Assembly: GCA_013239625.1 (NCBI GenBank)
Contig: MU053629.1
Location: 3,499,567 to 3,563,566, forward strand
Source: Lama guanicoe
Taxonomy: Eukaryota
DNA length: 64,000 bases
Direction: 5' to 3'
Both the position numbers and the translations under genes were made by a program. Positions 48,621 to 61,690 of this stretch are shown here, piece by piece. The notes beneath the pieces are model-generated. The model worked only from the letters and a program-made list of their open reading frames with translations, was not told where the DNA came from and made no database searches. Every line of letters starts with the position of its first letter. Within the stretch, counting starts at the first letter, position 1.

Positions 48621-51600
48621 GCTGTGGCTGCAACCTGTACAATTTAAAAAATCAGGAATGAGGGGTTTACATAAAATTATCTTTTTATCCTTAGTATATA
48701 TCAAAAAAAAAGTTGACATGCATCAGTAATGAGATTTCTGGGAACAAATCTTACAGAAATCATCAGAAATTCACCCAAATACACATGCACAACGATGGTT
48801 ATTGCAATGTTATTTATAAAAGAGAAAAAAGATGGAAGTGACCTAGGAACCCAACATTAGGGACAGGATTCACGGTAAAACCACAGAGTATTATATGACC
48901 ATTAAAATCACGATGGCATAGGATAGAAAATTGTGTGTATATGTAGACAAAGTCTAAACTGTGTTAAGAAAAAATGCACAGTAAAACAAAAACAAAGTGG
49001 AAAAGGCACACGTCAAAATGTAATTAACCAGCAGCCTCCATCAGGAGGTTAGGATTGTTTCCCCCCACACATTCTAAATTTTCTACATTTGAGTGCCTCA
49101 TTCTTGAAATCAGGGAGAAAAAAAAACAAACTGAAAAAAAATATCCATCCTGTGTCTTGATTAGTCATGTCAGCTGGGTCAGCCCAGGCAGTAAGTGTTA
49201 TGAGAGATGTCACAGCCACGTCACCTCCCCGTCAGTTGATCCCAGGATGTGTAGAGATCAAAACTTTGAGCTGCTGTCCTGGGCGTTAACATGCAAGGGT
49301 CTGAATTCAAATCATTCCATTCAAAGAGTCAAAGAATGCAGAATCACTCATCTTGAAATCAAACGTGTAACTGGCAATGTTCTTGCAATTTGCTTAACAC
49401 ATCTGTTAAATAGTCTTATGTTTGTTCTTTAGCCCGACCGTGTTAATTCTTCAGAAGAGGTAGAGGAGAAAGAGGAGAAAACAAATCCAGAAACTTGGGG
49501 CCCAACCTGGGAGACGAACCATCTGGTTAAGTGCTGAAACTTACTCTAAGATTGGTGGGCTCTCCCAGAGGAATTAGAGTTAAAGCTAATAACCCAATTT
49601 GGAATAATTTAAAGCTCTTTTTAAGGAAGTTTTTGACTCAATTGGGCTCATTATGCATGGGTTTAATGTGTAACAATTTGTTCTTGAAAGCTAACATTAT
49701 TGTTGGCAATAAAGATAGGAGGTGGAAATAAGTTTCCAATACGGAAAGCAGATTTATTTCTCGTTTCATATGGACTTGTTTGGGGTCTCTGCTTATGAAT
49801 CACACTGGGCTCCGTGCAGTAAGAGGCTGTCCGTGCGGTTGGTTATGATAAATGGCCTGTAATTGTGAATCTGCTATTGGTTTTCAATATTGAATTTATC
49901 ATTCTGTCCTCTTAACAGATATTAAATACTTTTAAGAATTTATCCATTTGCCTGATCCATTTGTGATTTTTCAATATGTAAAATTTATTAGTTTCCTAGT
50001 TTTTTGCGATTTTAACGGCCGACAACATCATTAATAACGCTGAGTAATGGAGCTGACCTCTTTTAAACCTCATTCCCTTCCACTAATCCAGAACATCCAA
50101 ATTGAATCAAAATGTATTGGACGTGGGGACCCGAAAAGAAAACGGCCACAGAAGGATGCCTGATTTGAAACGCGGGCGGTTCTGAGCAGGCTGGTCATCC
50201 CTTCACCTCTTCACCTCCCTCCAAGCCCCTCAAAGGGAGCCGGGATGAGGCTGCCTGCACCGTTGTTCTCTATCTCCTTCTCCTCCCTTTAGATGAGCTG
50301 AATCAGGAGGTCCTCCTTGCCCTCAGCTGCCTCAGTTTCTTCAGCCCGGTGTGATTGATGGTAATAATAACCCCGCTTGTCTGGCTTTCTCACGGAGAGC
50401 GCTTTGTGAATTGATGGAAGCTTGCCGGCTGTGCACTTGAGGATGGATCCCTGCATCTCTCCTCCCCAGAACCCTTGGCTGGGAAGGATTCCTGCCCTTC
50501 ACTGCAGGGCTATCACGAAGGCTGGCTGAAAGAAATCAGGCGGGGGGGAAAGAGAAACCAGGCTGTGTGGAAAACCAAGAACAAGGCAGGATTTACTCCT
50601 GACCTCCGGTTCCCTGTGTTTAAGGCCAACCCTGCATGTTGCCCCCAGAACAGCATGAAGTTAGCACAGGGGCAGAATTTGCGGCTGTGCCTTTGCTGGG
50701 TTTCGTTACTGCAGGGTTTGTAGCCTACAAGACTGTATCTCCCAGTTCCTGGAGCGTCTGCTGTGTTAAGTGGACACTCAAAGGTGCAAAGTCCTACAGA
50801 ACTGAGGTCTGGGAACGCACCAGCCTCTGGGGTCCATCAGCCAGGGCCCAGGAAGAGGATGGAGCCAGGACTGTGCACACTCACAGAGGGACAATGAGCC
50901 TCATAACAGGTGGGGGATAGACAGACAGCAGCCCAGAGAGGGTCCAGCTGAGGTTCCGGTCACACTGAGGGAAGGCAGAGGGTCACCTTCTCAGGGTGAC
51001 TCCACATGAGCAGGCCTGCAGCTGCCTCCGACCTGTGGATAATTGAAAAATAACTGCCTTTCCTCCCCCCGGAGGCCTAATTTCATATTCTGGCGGCAGC
51101 TTGATTGACTTTCAGTCCAATGCAGATTAGCTTCCTTGGAAGTTTTGTCTATTTAAGGATTATGGGCCAAGATCAAACCTATCAGAAGAAACTAGGAGTT
51201 GTCAATAGGGTCACTGAGAGGTGACAAGTTTCCAAAGGGTCCCTGAGTCAGGAGAAAACTCCTTTTTTACTTCAAGCCAGAGGGCCACCTGGTTCCAGAC
51301 CTGGTGTCACGTCTGTATCAAATAAATTATCCCAGTTGAGACTAGAGTCAAGTCCCCAAAACTCCCCATGCAGTTTTCATTCTGCCCTACCAGGACATGA
51401 TTTACAAACTGTTGCAAAGGAACACATGTCTTCCCCCAAATGCCAGGCATTTCATAGCTTCTTGTTGATTAAGCTTTTACTCCCTGGGTCTCTTGCAATA
51501 CTTTTCATATCAATGGCTTAACCACCCCTCAAATCCATCCCCCAACAGCAAAAGGAAATTTTAACCTGACGAATGTATACTGAGTACCTATCAGTGCTTA

Positions 51601-51997
51601 TATGCTTAGCACTGGGCACACTGCTGTGGAGACACCAAAAATATATATAAAATACATTCTCTACCCTCAGGTAGAACTCGCAATGGCCCTGCACTTAATC
51701 ATCAATTATTAAACATTTACTGCATGCCTGGCACTGTGCTGGATGCTGCAGACGGAGGGAAAAGAATTAGGCTCAGTCCCTTCCCAAGGAGGTTACCTTA
51801 TTGGAGAGAGAAGATTTAATATACAAACCTTGACTTTTTACAGTGGAATGTTAAGTTGCGTGGTTGAGGCAATAAGTACAAAAGAGCTGGGCAGGATCAA
51901 CGTAGGCTGGAAATAGAGTCAGCCTTGGGGAGGAGGAGGCAGTGAAAAAGGGCATGAGGAAAGATGGGATGGGGACAGGCAGACAGGACAAGTTAGA

Positions 51998-51998
51998 C

Positions 51999-52038
<40 letters not shown>
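51998..52038. repeat. (TG)n(CG)n(TG)n microsatellite
   Basis: Alternating purine-pyrimidine run directly visible. Confidence 0.95.
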
Positions 52039-53154
52039 CATTCTCAGGAATTGCTATCTTTATTATTCAGCCCTTCAAGTAACTGCCCACCCTTCTGGGT
52101 ACTCACCTATACCTGTCAGACAAAGGAGAGGGGCTACAAACATGTACGGAGCACCAGCCTCTTGCGCCAAGGGGCATTCTTCACTTAGCATTCATTCCCA
52201 TACGCATCCTTCCCAACTTCCCTCCCGAGAAGATATCAAGAGCCCCCTTTATGGAAGAGGACCCCAGAGCTCAAAGAGACAATCATTCACCCAAGACTAC
52301 ACCACGAGTGCTGCCCAGGCTGGGATTCAAACCTTGGTCATGGCCTCCAGTGCTCCTAATCTTTTACCACTGAATCACGTGGACTCTAGGAAGCAGAGAG
52401 TGGCAGTATTCCAACAAGGCCGTGCTAGACTAGGATCTAGGAGAAAGACGAGAAGGAAAGGAAATGACACAGTGACTGTCCTTCGAAGCTGGACCAGCCA
52501 GGTGCTAAGGAGGGCAGGGAAGGTCAACCAGTGGGTCATTCACCTTTAGAGACAGCCACCGCTGCATCCCCCTGGAGCATTTCCTAGAGCTGACATCCCA
52601 ACCCTGACATCCACCATGACGGTTGCTCTCTATGGCAAAATGCCGTTGTCCTGAAGATACAGGACTCTCTCCTGCAGCAGCTGGGGTCCCCACCCGGGCT
52701 TCTTGCCCATCATCCAGGCCAAGGCAAGCTTAGTTAGTTTTGATGCTCAGAGAAGGGCCATTTCTCAGCTCTGCCCTCTCCTAAGAAAAACCCCTCACTG
52801 AACCAGCAAATCCGTATCTTCTCAGCACTTGAATGGGTCCTGTTTTAAGCTATGATCAGTGCAATTAAAATGGTAAAAATAAGACCAAAGGACATCCCCT
52901 ACCGTCCTTAATTAGGAGCCAGATGAGAAGGAAGAAACTCCGGTGTAGCTTATTTAAAAGGCACAGTCTTGAAGTGGGACCAAAAAAGAGAATAATTAAA
53001 ATGAAGGTATCATTATTGTTTTTTCTTAAGGGTCTCTGTGGACAGAGGGGTCTGATTGGCAGACAGACGTGTGAGGGGCATTTACTCATTCTCAGAGTGA
53101 TGGTTCTGAAAACAAATATGCAGGAAGCCCTGGTCTCCAGGACCTGTTTCCCAC

Positions 53155-53676
53155 TGTGACAGAAAAGAACAAATCTGACGCCATATTAGATCTGTTTCTT
53201 TGGCTTTAACCCTGTGCCCTGTTTTCTAGGCTTAGTCTTACCGGCTCTGTACCTTTTGTAAAGGAATGTTGCCTTTAGCCTGAAATACACAGGAGAGCCT
53301 GTTCTCAAGGCTCTGACCTTTAAGGATATTAACACTTTTGTACTTACATAAAGATAACAAGTTGCAGAATAGAAAATAACATTTGTTTTGTTAGAGGTTT
53401 TGCAGGGGAACCATGACCTGACCCAGGTGGACAGATACAAGAACAAAGAATTCCTACACCAAGAAGTTTGTAACAACCAACCACACCCCCTCCCCTTTTT
53501 AGTATAAAAGGAGCCTGAATTCTGACTTGAGTAAGATGGTTCTCCAAGACATGAGTCTGCCATCCTCTCCGTCTGCTGGCTTTCCGAATAAAGTCACTAT
53601 TCCTTGCCCCAACACCTCGTCTCCCGGTTTATTGGCCTGTCGTGCAGTGAGTAGAATGAGTTTGGACTCGGTAATG
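53155..53676 (+). mobile_element. ERV1-type solo LTR
   Basis: Starts TGT; TATAAAA at ~53503 and AATAAA at ~53587; ends ...ggactcggtaatg (decayed ...taaca); 4-bp TSD ccac/ctac. Confidence 0.85.
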
Positions 53677-55839
53677 CTACCTCCCCCCTGCTTTCCAAGC
53701 AGACGGGAAAATCGTAGAAACACCAGTGGCTGGGGGTTTGCCAGACAAGGAACACTACCCCTGGGTATAGTAACATCAATCACAAAAGATGGTTAAATCT
53801 CTTACTCTCCCTCGGCATGCAGGAAGTGGGGTTACCACATTATTATTGTCATTGTCATTTTGGCGGCTGTTATTAACATTTATCCAGCACCAACATCACA
53901 CTTAGCACAGTGCACAGCACAAAGGAAGATGCAGCTCCTGCTTTGAAAATAAACATCTACGCTCCCCTACTGGATTTATGCCCCAGCAGGGGGAACCCGC
54001 CTTCAGCAACACGGGAACACTCCACCCTCTATCACCCTGATGCTCTTTCTTATTTCTCTTGAGCAGCGTTGGGTCTTCTGGAATCTGCTAGGTGTTCTAA
54101 GCCCACATCTGGGTTGCTTGGTCCCCAACTGGCCTCTGTGGCCAAAGTCAAGGCTCAGAGAACAGGGCAGATGGTGACGCAGATGTGGGCAGCTAAGACC
54201 CTGAGATGGAGCTGGAGCAGGCAGGGAGCACAGGGCAAGAAAGCACAGTGTTTTCTCATGACTGGCATGTGAGTCAAATTCAGTACTTCACTCAGCGTCG
54301 ACATTCTACTGCTCCAGTCCCCTCGTTTCTCTTACCATCTCATTCTGCAATCTTGCACTTTACAAATCCTCACACCCATTTTAAAAATCAAGACCCACAC
54401 CATAGTAAATTTTATCCATACGAGTTTTTGGAACATGGAAGCGTTGACAAGTGTCCATGGACATCTAAGAAAGATACAAATGTTACATACACACATCAGT
54501 TCTTCAAGCAAAAGTCCCACTTCCCACTGCCAAATGTTATTTTTTACAGCAGCTCTGCGAGATGAGTGAAGGCGTATATTTCACCAGTGAGCCACTTTTT
54601 ATAGAGCAAAGGGAGGGGGAAAGACCCTAACACTTTTACTGCTTTTTAACCAACAGGATTTCTGAATGCAAATGAATGAATCACCTTTGCAATGATTGGC
54701 TGCCTGACTTCCCTTGTCACACACAGAGCAGGCTCAGTGCATGTGACTTGTATTCTCTTGAGTCCGTGGAAAGATAAAAGAGTGACATTGCTACCAGTGA
54801 ATTATGAGGTTTGTCTTTATCAGTGAAAATAAGGTCATAACGGAGCCCAGACGTGGCCCATTATGTGTGTGTTCCATCGACTTTTCTGTATAATGTGATC
54901 CAGAGTGCCAGGGTGTGCTGGAGTAGCCCGGTGTATAAATTAGGCAGTTTTAAAAGCTGCATTAAGTCTTCAAGGCCACCAGGGTACCTTTTAATGCATT
55001 GATGCCACTTTTCAATAGATACCTGTCTTCTTTACTTCTGACCTGCATTGTGATGACAATCTGGTGAAAACAGTTAGCGGGAAGGACTCTCCTAAATATA
55101 TTCAAAATTAGGGAGAAAAAAGAAAAATTGTTGACCCACAACTGAAAACTAACCAATCGTGGAGCTGAGTTTCCTCGTAGCCATTTCTAAAGAGAACAAT
55201 TCATTAAATAATTATTTTGGCCTTCATTTATGAATCAGTTTCTCTGTGCACGGCACTGGGCAGACCTCTGCAGTTCCAGCTCTTCCAAAGCCAGCAGGAG
55301 GAGACATGCTTTACATGATGGAATTCCTTTCAGAGGAGGAGGATGATCAAGGCAATCAGGGATGTTTCCTAAAACACCGTTTTGGAAACAGTTTGAGAAA
55401 ACTGTTTTAGGGTCTAAAATAAACTGCCACTAAATCCTACGGAAAATGATGTTTTTTGATGTGTAGGATTGAAAAAAAAATGAAAAATCCTGAAAATGTC
55501 ATCTCTTCCACGGAGTCTTTGGTCTGGAACTTGTATTCTCAGTTTCCTTGTAGCCTCTTCCTTGAAAGCAAGTGCCCCTACTCACTCCACAACACAGTAG
55601 ATGAGGTTCCCTCACTATATTCTCTCCTCCCACAACAGCAACAAAGTCTGGGCAGCTCAGCATTGGGACAGGGTTTGTGAGGGAGACAGAGAGAAAAGAG
55701 ACACAGGTCAGTGTCCTCAAGCCGCTCACAGACCATTCCCTGAATAAGAAGTTATTGAGCATCTACTGTATGTGGCTCACTGCTTTTTGGACACAAATTC
55801 ATAGGGAGAAACAATTGGGAGGCTTTTTTTTAATACACA

Positions 55840-56765
55840 AAGAATTCATTCATTCATTCATTCAATGCATTTTTATTGAAAACCAAGCAGGGAGGGTATA
55901 GCTCATGTGGTAGAACGCATGCCTAGCATGAACTAGGTCCTGGGTTCAATCCTCAATATTTCCTCTAAATGTAAGTAAGTAAATAGACCTAATTACCTTC
56001 CTCCCTCCCCTAAAAAAAATTTTTTTTGAGTAAAAAAAATAAAACCTAATTTGTGCCAGATGCTGTTCTAGGCCCTGGGGAGCCGTGAACAAGACAAAGT
56101 CCCTGTCCTTGTGGAGTTTACACCCAGTGGGAGGGACAGACAATTAAAAGGCACATGCATGACACATACATGACACAGATGCATTTTACACATACACGTT
56201 TACATTCGGGTGAGTACAGAATAGTGGATTCTGGATCTCAACTGCTTTCAGTCCCCCCTCTGTCAATTACTAGCTGTAGAACCTTCAGGAAGTTATTTAG
56301 CATATTTACATTTAGTATATCCGAAGTGTTTAGAACAGTGCCAGGAACACGGTTGGTATTATATATGTGCGCCATTAATATAAATTCCCTACTTACCAGG
56401 TGGAGACAAAATGATGAATTAAAAATAAGACATAGAGAGGATGGGGAAGGTCAGAGAAGGCCTCTCTGGAGGAAGGGATGTTTGAACTGAGATCCAAATG
56501 AGGTGAGGGTGACAGCCATGTGGATAACAAGGGAAGAGCCTTTCGGGCAGAGAGAAGGGCAGGTGTGAAGTTCCTGTGAGGGGATCATGCCTGGGGTGAC
56601 AAGGAGCAGCAAGACGCTGAGAATGGCTAATACAGAGAGACAGAAGGGGGAGGGGAGGTGCCTGTGGGCTGGTTACATCAGGCCTTGGAGGCCAGAGTAT
56701 TGGATATTATTGTAATAGTAATAAAAAGTCAACAGAGGGTTTTAAGCAATGGAGTGACAAAGTTT
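55840..56765. mobile_element. L2 element interrupted by a SINE and a MIR-like fragment
   Basis: (TTCA)n head, tgtgccagatgctgttctagg...gtgaacaagacaaagtccctgtccttgtggagttta...tcagagaaggcctctctgg...gagggttttaagca. Confidence 0.8.
55889..56040 (+). mobile_element. Vic-1-type SINE
   Basis: gggagggtatagctcatgtggtagaacgcatgcctagcatg...gtcctgggttcaatcctc...cctaattacc. Confidence 0.9.
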
Positions 56766-56799
56766 GTTTAAAAATCTTTGTATGATGGTTCCGCAAAAA

Positions 56800-57362
56800 A
56801 TAAAAAATAAAATTACCATATGAACCAACAATTCTGCTTCCGGGCGTATGCCCAAAAGAACAGAAAGCCAAGCCTCAAAGAGGTGTTTGTCCACCTGTGT
56901 TCACAGCAGCTTTCTTCACAGTAGCCCAAAGGCAGGAGCAACCAAGGGAAGGACGTTCTGACACAGGTTACGACATGGATGAAACTTGAGGACATCGTGC
57001 TAGATGAAACAAGACAGTCACCCGAAGACAAATACTGTAGGATCCCACTTATATGAGGTACCTAGAAGTCACATTCACAGGAACAGAATAGCGGGTGCCA
57101 AAGACTGGGGTAAGGGGGGCACAGGGAGTTGTGTACTGGGTATAGAGGTTCAGTTTTGTGACATGAAGAGTCCTGGAGATGGGCTGCAGGATGATGCAAA
57201 TGTACTTAACTAGTGAACTACAGGCTTAAAGATGTGGGGAAGGTGTAGCTCAGTGGCAGAGCATGTGCTTAGCATGTGCGAGGTCCTGGGTTCAATCCCC
57301 AGTACCTCCCTTAAAAAAGAATAGTAAAGATGATAAATTCTATACGATGTGTCTTTTACCCC
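56800..57362 (+). mobile_element. L1MA/MB 3' segment (internally deleted)
   Basis: aattaccatatgaaccaacaattctgcttccggg...acatggatgaaacttgaggacatcgtgc...gatcccacttatatgaggtacctaga. Confidence 0.85.
57233..57320 (+). mobile_element. Vic-1-type SINE nested in L1
   Basis: ggggaaggtgtagctcagtggcagagcatgtgcttagcatgtgcgaggtcctgggttcaatccccagtacctcc. Confidence 0.9.
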
Positions 57363-57437
57363 GACTTTTTTTTTTTTAAAGATTTGTGTGGAAAAGAGAC
57401 TGGTGGCAAGTGAAAGGGGAACAGAGAAGGCTTTTAG

Positions 57438-57960
57438 ATGTTTGTTACCTATTGCTACAGAACAAACTAACCCAAAACTTAGTGGCTAAAAACGACCGTT
57501 TTTCTCTCTCTCCTGACTCTGTGGGTCGAATGGGCTCAGCAGGCAGGTTCTTCCGCTCCATGCAACATCAGTCTGGGCTGCGGTCTCTGTGGGTACCGCT
57601 GGCTGAAGTGCCCAAGAAGCTCACTCGCAAGCCTGGCGCCCCTGTGGGGACTGTGAAGGGGCTGGGCTCAGCTGGGCCTCTCACTCCCTGCAGTCTCATG
57701 GCCTCTCCCCCCTCACATGGCCTCTCCACGTGCTCTCTTCCCTTCATCTCTCCAGCAGAGTACTGGACTTCTTACAGCTCAAGGCCCTCAGAAGGACAAA
57801 AGCCTTCTCAACACTTAGGCCAGAAATGCACCAGATCACATCATCCACCTGCTATTGATTAAAATGAGTCACAAACCAGCTGAGATTCAATATTGTAGAA
57901 GCAGAGGGGCTTGGCTCCCCGGAGGCCTGATTCACTGGGGACCGTCTCTGGAGACTAACT
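57438..57960 (-). mobile_element. MLT1-family LTR (antisense)
   Basis: tgttacctattgctacagaacaaactaacccaaaacttagtggctaaaa...tctgtgggtcgaatgggctcagc...agtcacaaaccagc. Confidence 0.75.
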
Positions 57961-58184
57961 GGGAGGTGATTGTAGCAACCCAGGTGAGAAAAAAATAAAG
58001 GCTTAGATCAGGAATAATAGCGGGGAGCTGGTGAGAAATGGTTGATTTAGAATATATCTTGATGGTAGAATCAATATGATTTGTTGACAGCTCAGATATA
58101 AGCTCAGAGGAAAAAAAAAAAAGAACCAAGGATGAGTCTAAGTTTTTGGCCAAGGTGGTGGTGTCATTTTTGGTTTTGTTCTTT

Positions 58185-58482
58185 TATAATAGACTTTATT
58201 TTCTTAGAGCAGTATCAGATTTACAGCTGAATTGAGCAGAAAATACAGAGAGTTCACACATAGCCCTCCCCACCCACACATATACACTCCCCTACCCTCA
58301 GCATCCGTCATCAGTGTGACATCTTTGGTACAATCGATGAATCAACATGAACACATTATTATCAACCAAAGTCCACAGTTTACATTAGGGTTCACTCTTG
58401 ATGCTGTACATTCTATGGGTTTTGACAAATGCATAATGACACGTAGCCACCACTACAGTATCATAGAGAATAATTTCATTGC
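58185..58482 (-). mobile_element. Antisense L1M 3' fragment
   Basis: gactttattttcttagagcagt...attgagcagaaaatacagagagttc...gtttacattagggttcactcttg...gggttttgacaaatgcataatgac. Confidence 0.85.
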
Positions 58483-61019
58483 CAGGTGGCAGTATCATTG
58501 GTCAGCCAGCAGTGTCACCAAGAGCAGTGGGCTTGGAGCCTTGGGGTCAAACGCTGCCTCTTTTGTTTATCACCATATTACTTTGATAACTCACTCTCTC
58601 TGAGCTTCAACTTCCTGACCTGGAAGATGAGGATAATAATGCCTGCTCACCCTTGGTTGTAAGGTCATTATGGGATCAAATGACACCTTATATGTAAAAT
58701 CATCTGCCTTGAGTTGATCACAAATGCAGCAGCTGTAGGGAAACCACACACCTGGAAATCACGAAATCTGGTACCACCCCAGGTCCCTCTGGGACTTGCT
58801 GTAAGAACTTGGGCAAGTCATTTCACCTAGCTTTGTACATTTCCCTATAAAATCAGGCCACAGTATCCGCACTGCCTGGGCCAAAAAAGCATTTTTGTGA
58901 GAATCAATCATGAGAACATATAAAAGCACTTTTGAAAAGGCAGCAAATGGCAAGAGGAAGGTATTATTATTGCCTCACTAATTACAGATCCAATAGCTAG
59001 GCTTGGGGTGAAAAAAAGAAAAAACCCAACAAGGATAGGGCGGAGTCTATAAAATCCACCCTTTCTCATGTGACCCAGGGGTTCCAGGCTTGGCTTAAGG
59101 AACAGCCAGGGGAGAATACGATTCAGAGCTGCCTTAAAAAAACACAACCCATAATTGCAAGTCAGTCATACACATGGCATGAGAGTTGGCGAGTGATTCA
59201 TAATAACGGAATACAGATAACAAGCCTGTATTTGTCGCACTGTCACACGGAGGGAAACTGTTTTGTTACTTGATTTTTTTTTTTAATGCGCTGGAAAACG
59301 AAGGGGTGAAAGCAGCAGGTCACATCACAGAAGGGAAGAAACAGCAGGAGCTGAGAAAAGAAAGGCCCAAATAAACATCTCTCTTGCAAGGCAGGTGTGT
59401 GACCAGGCCAGGTTCTGGAACCCAGGGCAAGGACAACAAACATCCCCAGGGGCCAAAGAGAGCCTTGGGGTTTTAAGGGCTCATCTGAAAGACACCTGCA
59501 CACTCAGTAGCTGGGATTCGATTTATTCTCTGCAGAGGAATAAAAGGCTGAGTCAATGCTGCAAGGACGTGAACTTGGGTTCTGAGGGAGTTGGGTGAGG
59601 ATGGTTTAAACACTAAACGGGCCCCTTCAGGCAGGGGAGCACACGTACTGCAAAGGATGTGGAAAGCAGTCATCGCCTTTTAAAAAGAGTGTTTCTGTTT
59701 TCATTATCATTTAAGGCTGTAGTCAGCGTTGAACAATAATAAGAAACTGGCAAGGGGAAAAAATGCACCCAAATCACAAGCGTACACAATAAAAATGCTA
59801 TAATAGACTTTTGTGAATATAAATAGTTTTTCAAATGAGACTGCTAAGACTGGCATCTTAGATGCTACCTGAAAAAGAGTCATGTTTATATATTCCAACA
59901 GTCACACCAGTCCTCCGGTCTCGGCTTTGCACCGCAGAATGGGCCAGATGATTTTTGTGGGGAATGAATATCAATGCAGAAGGGTTGTGGGGCAAAGAAG
60001 GGAGATGAGGATCGAAGTGGAGGGAGCACAAAGGGCAGATTAAAAAGGACTTGATGCCCGACAAGGGAAAATTGAAGAGGACAAAGGAATCAGAAGAATA
60101 AAAACGAATAAGGACTGGTTTACTCAGAATCCTATTAAACAATGCATCCTCAGTCATACCTAAGTACAGGCTTCCCTCGGTGATCCTGCCACTTTAAGCC
60201 ACAATCCCAGACAGTCAGGGTCCTGGTTTCTTTACTTTCCTCCATTTCAACGAAGGCATTGCAGTAATTCCTGAGTATTCATCAGAAACATAATAATGCA
60301 CTGCTGGAATTTCCTTTAATGGAGTTACTTCCCCCATACACACATGAGCTCAAAGACGGACGTCAAGGGGGCCGAGTTGAAAGAGGGGGAGCACATTGGA
60401 ACTCCATTGCGAAGGTCAAAGCTCAGTGCGAGCAATACACTGGGTGCGTAAGGAAGGGCTTTCTGACAGTGGGGGGTGGTGAACCCTGGAAGTATAGTCA
60501 AAAGGGCTTGATGAATTTCAGAGGTGGGGGTCTTCCCGAAGGTGGAGATATGGGCTAGAGTAACCACCGCACATCCCCCAAATCTTACACTTACGCAACT
60601 GGGCAACGATGCGTGGTGGTTGGATTGCTGGATCTGAGGCTACTGACCACCAGCTGGAGGAGGCATGGGGGCTTAGAGGCCTACTAAGTGAGTTTCAGCA
60701 TCCACGGTAAGTCCATCCACTCACGGGTGTTGAGCCCTTAGAGTGTGAGTGAAGATAAGAACACATGCAGATGGAAAACACCACTGGGTAGTTGAGAATG
60801 TGGGACCAGAGCTGGGTCACTGCCATCTGGGTGCCCCATCAGGGCCTCAAAGCAGGACTCAGATCAGTCTGCTCTTCTCACTGTCCTCAGTGGACCTCCT
60901 GCCACACTCGGCTCCTTGAGCCCTTGCATCACCATTGTCCTGGTTTCTGGCTCCAAGCCGAGGGTCATCCCTCCATGATGCTGTTGCTGCTGGTCCTCCT
61001 CCCAGTTCACTGCAATCTG

Positions 61020-61690
61020 TCTGCCACCAAGTCCTTTAAGACTCTCCCCATCTATCCCTTCTTTTCAAGCCCCTCTGACTTACCCAAGCTGAAGCCATTT
61101 CTCCTCTGTAGTAGCTTCCCTCCCAGTCTCTTTCCTGCTCTCATTTCCTTCTTCCTCCAAACCATCCCGACATCATCTCCAGATTGATCTCCCATGTACT
61201 GCTTGGATCAGACCATTCTTGTGCTTGAAAACTTCCCAGGACTCCCCATTGTCTGTACAGCTAAGCCAAGGGTAGGGTACCCTGTCATTCAGCCAAAGCC
61301 ACTGTCCACGCTCCCACGTGTCTGCCTAGTGTTTTACCTTCTGCTCTGCTTAGGCTCAGGTCAGCCGCCACCTCCACCGCTTGGCCACCCCCTGGCCTGA
61401 AATACTATTTATCTTCCTTGAAGATGTAGACGCTACACTTAGCATCTCAAAGTGTTTTTGTCAATACACTACCAAACACACGTCCATCCGGCAATTCAGG
61501 GCTCACTGTCTGCAGCATCTGACCTGTTTCACATGACATGGTACTGCTATTTAATGTTTTGCCTCTTTGTGTCTCCATTTCCTGATCACGTTGAAAGCTC
61601 CTTGTTCTGCAAGCACCAGCCACATCTTACGTCGCTTGTGTGCCCTAGCCTATTGCTCCAAACAGAGGAGTTGCTCGTTAAATACTTAAC
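61020..61690. mobile_element. Degraded L2
   Basis: cttgaaaacttcccaggactccccattgtc..., gaaagctccttg...gttgctcgttaaatactt. Confidence 0.5.

Noticed and set aside
60693..60712. REST/RE1-like TTCAGCATCCACGGTAAG
   Set aside because: Has an extra base and lacks the GGACAG half-site, so it is too divergent to call.
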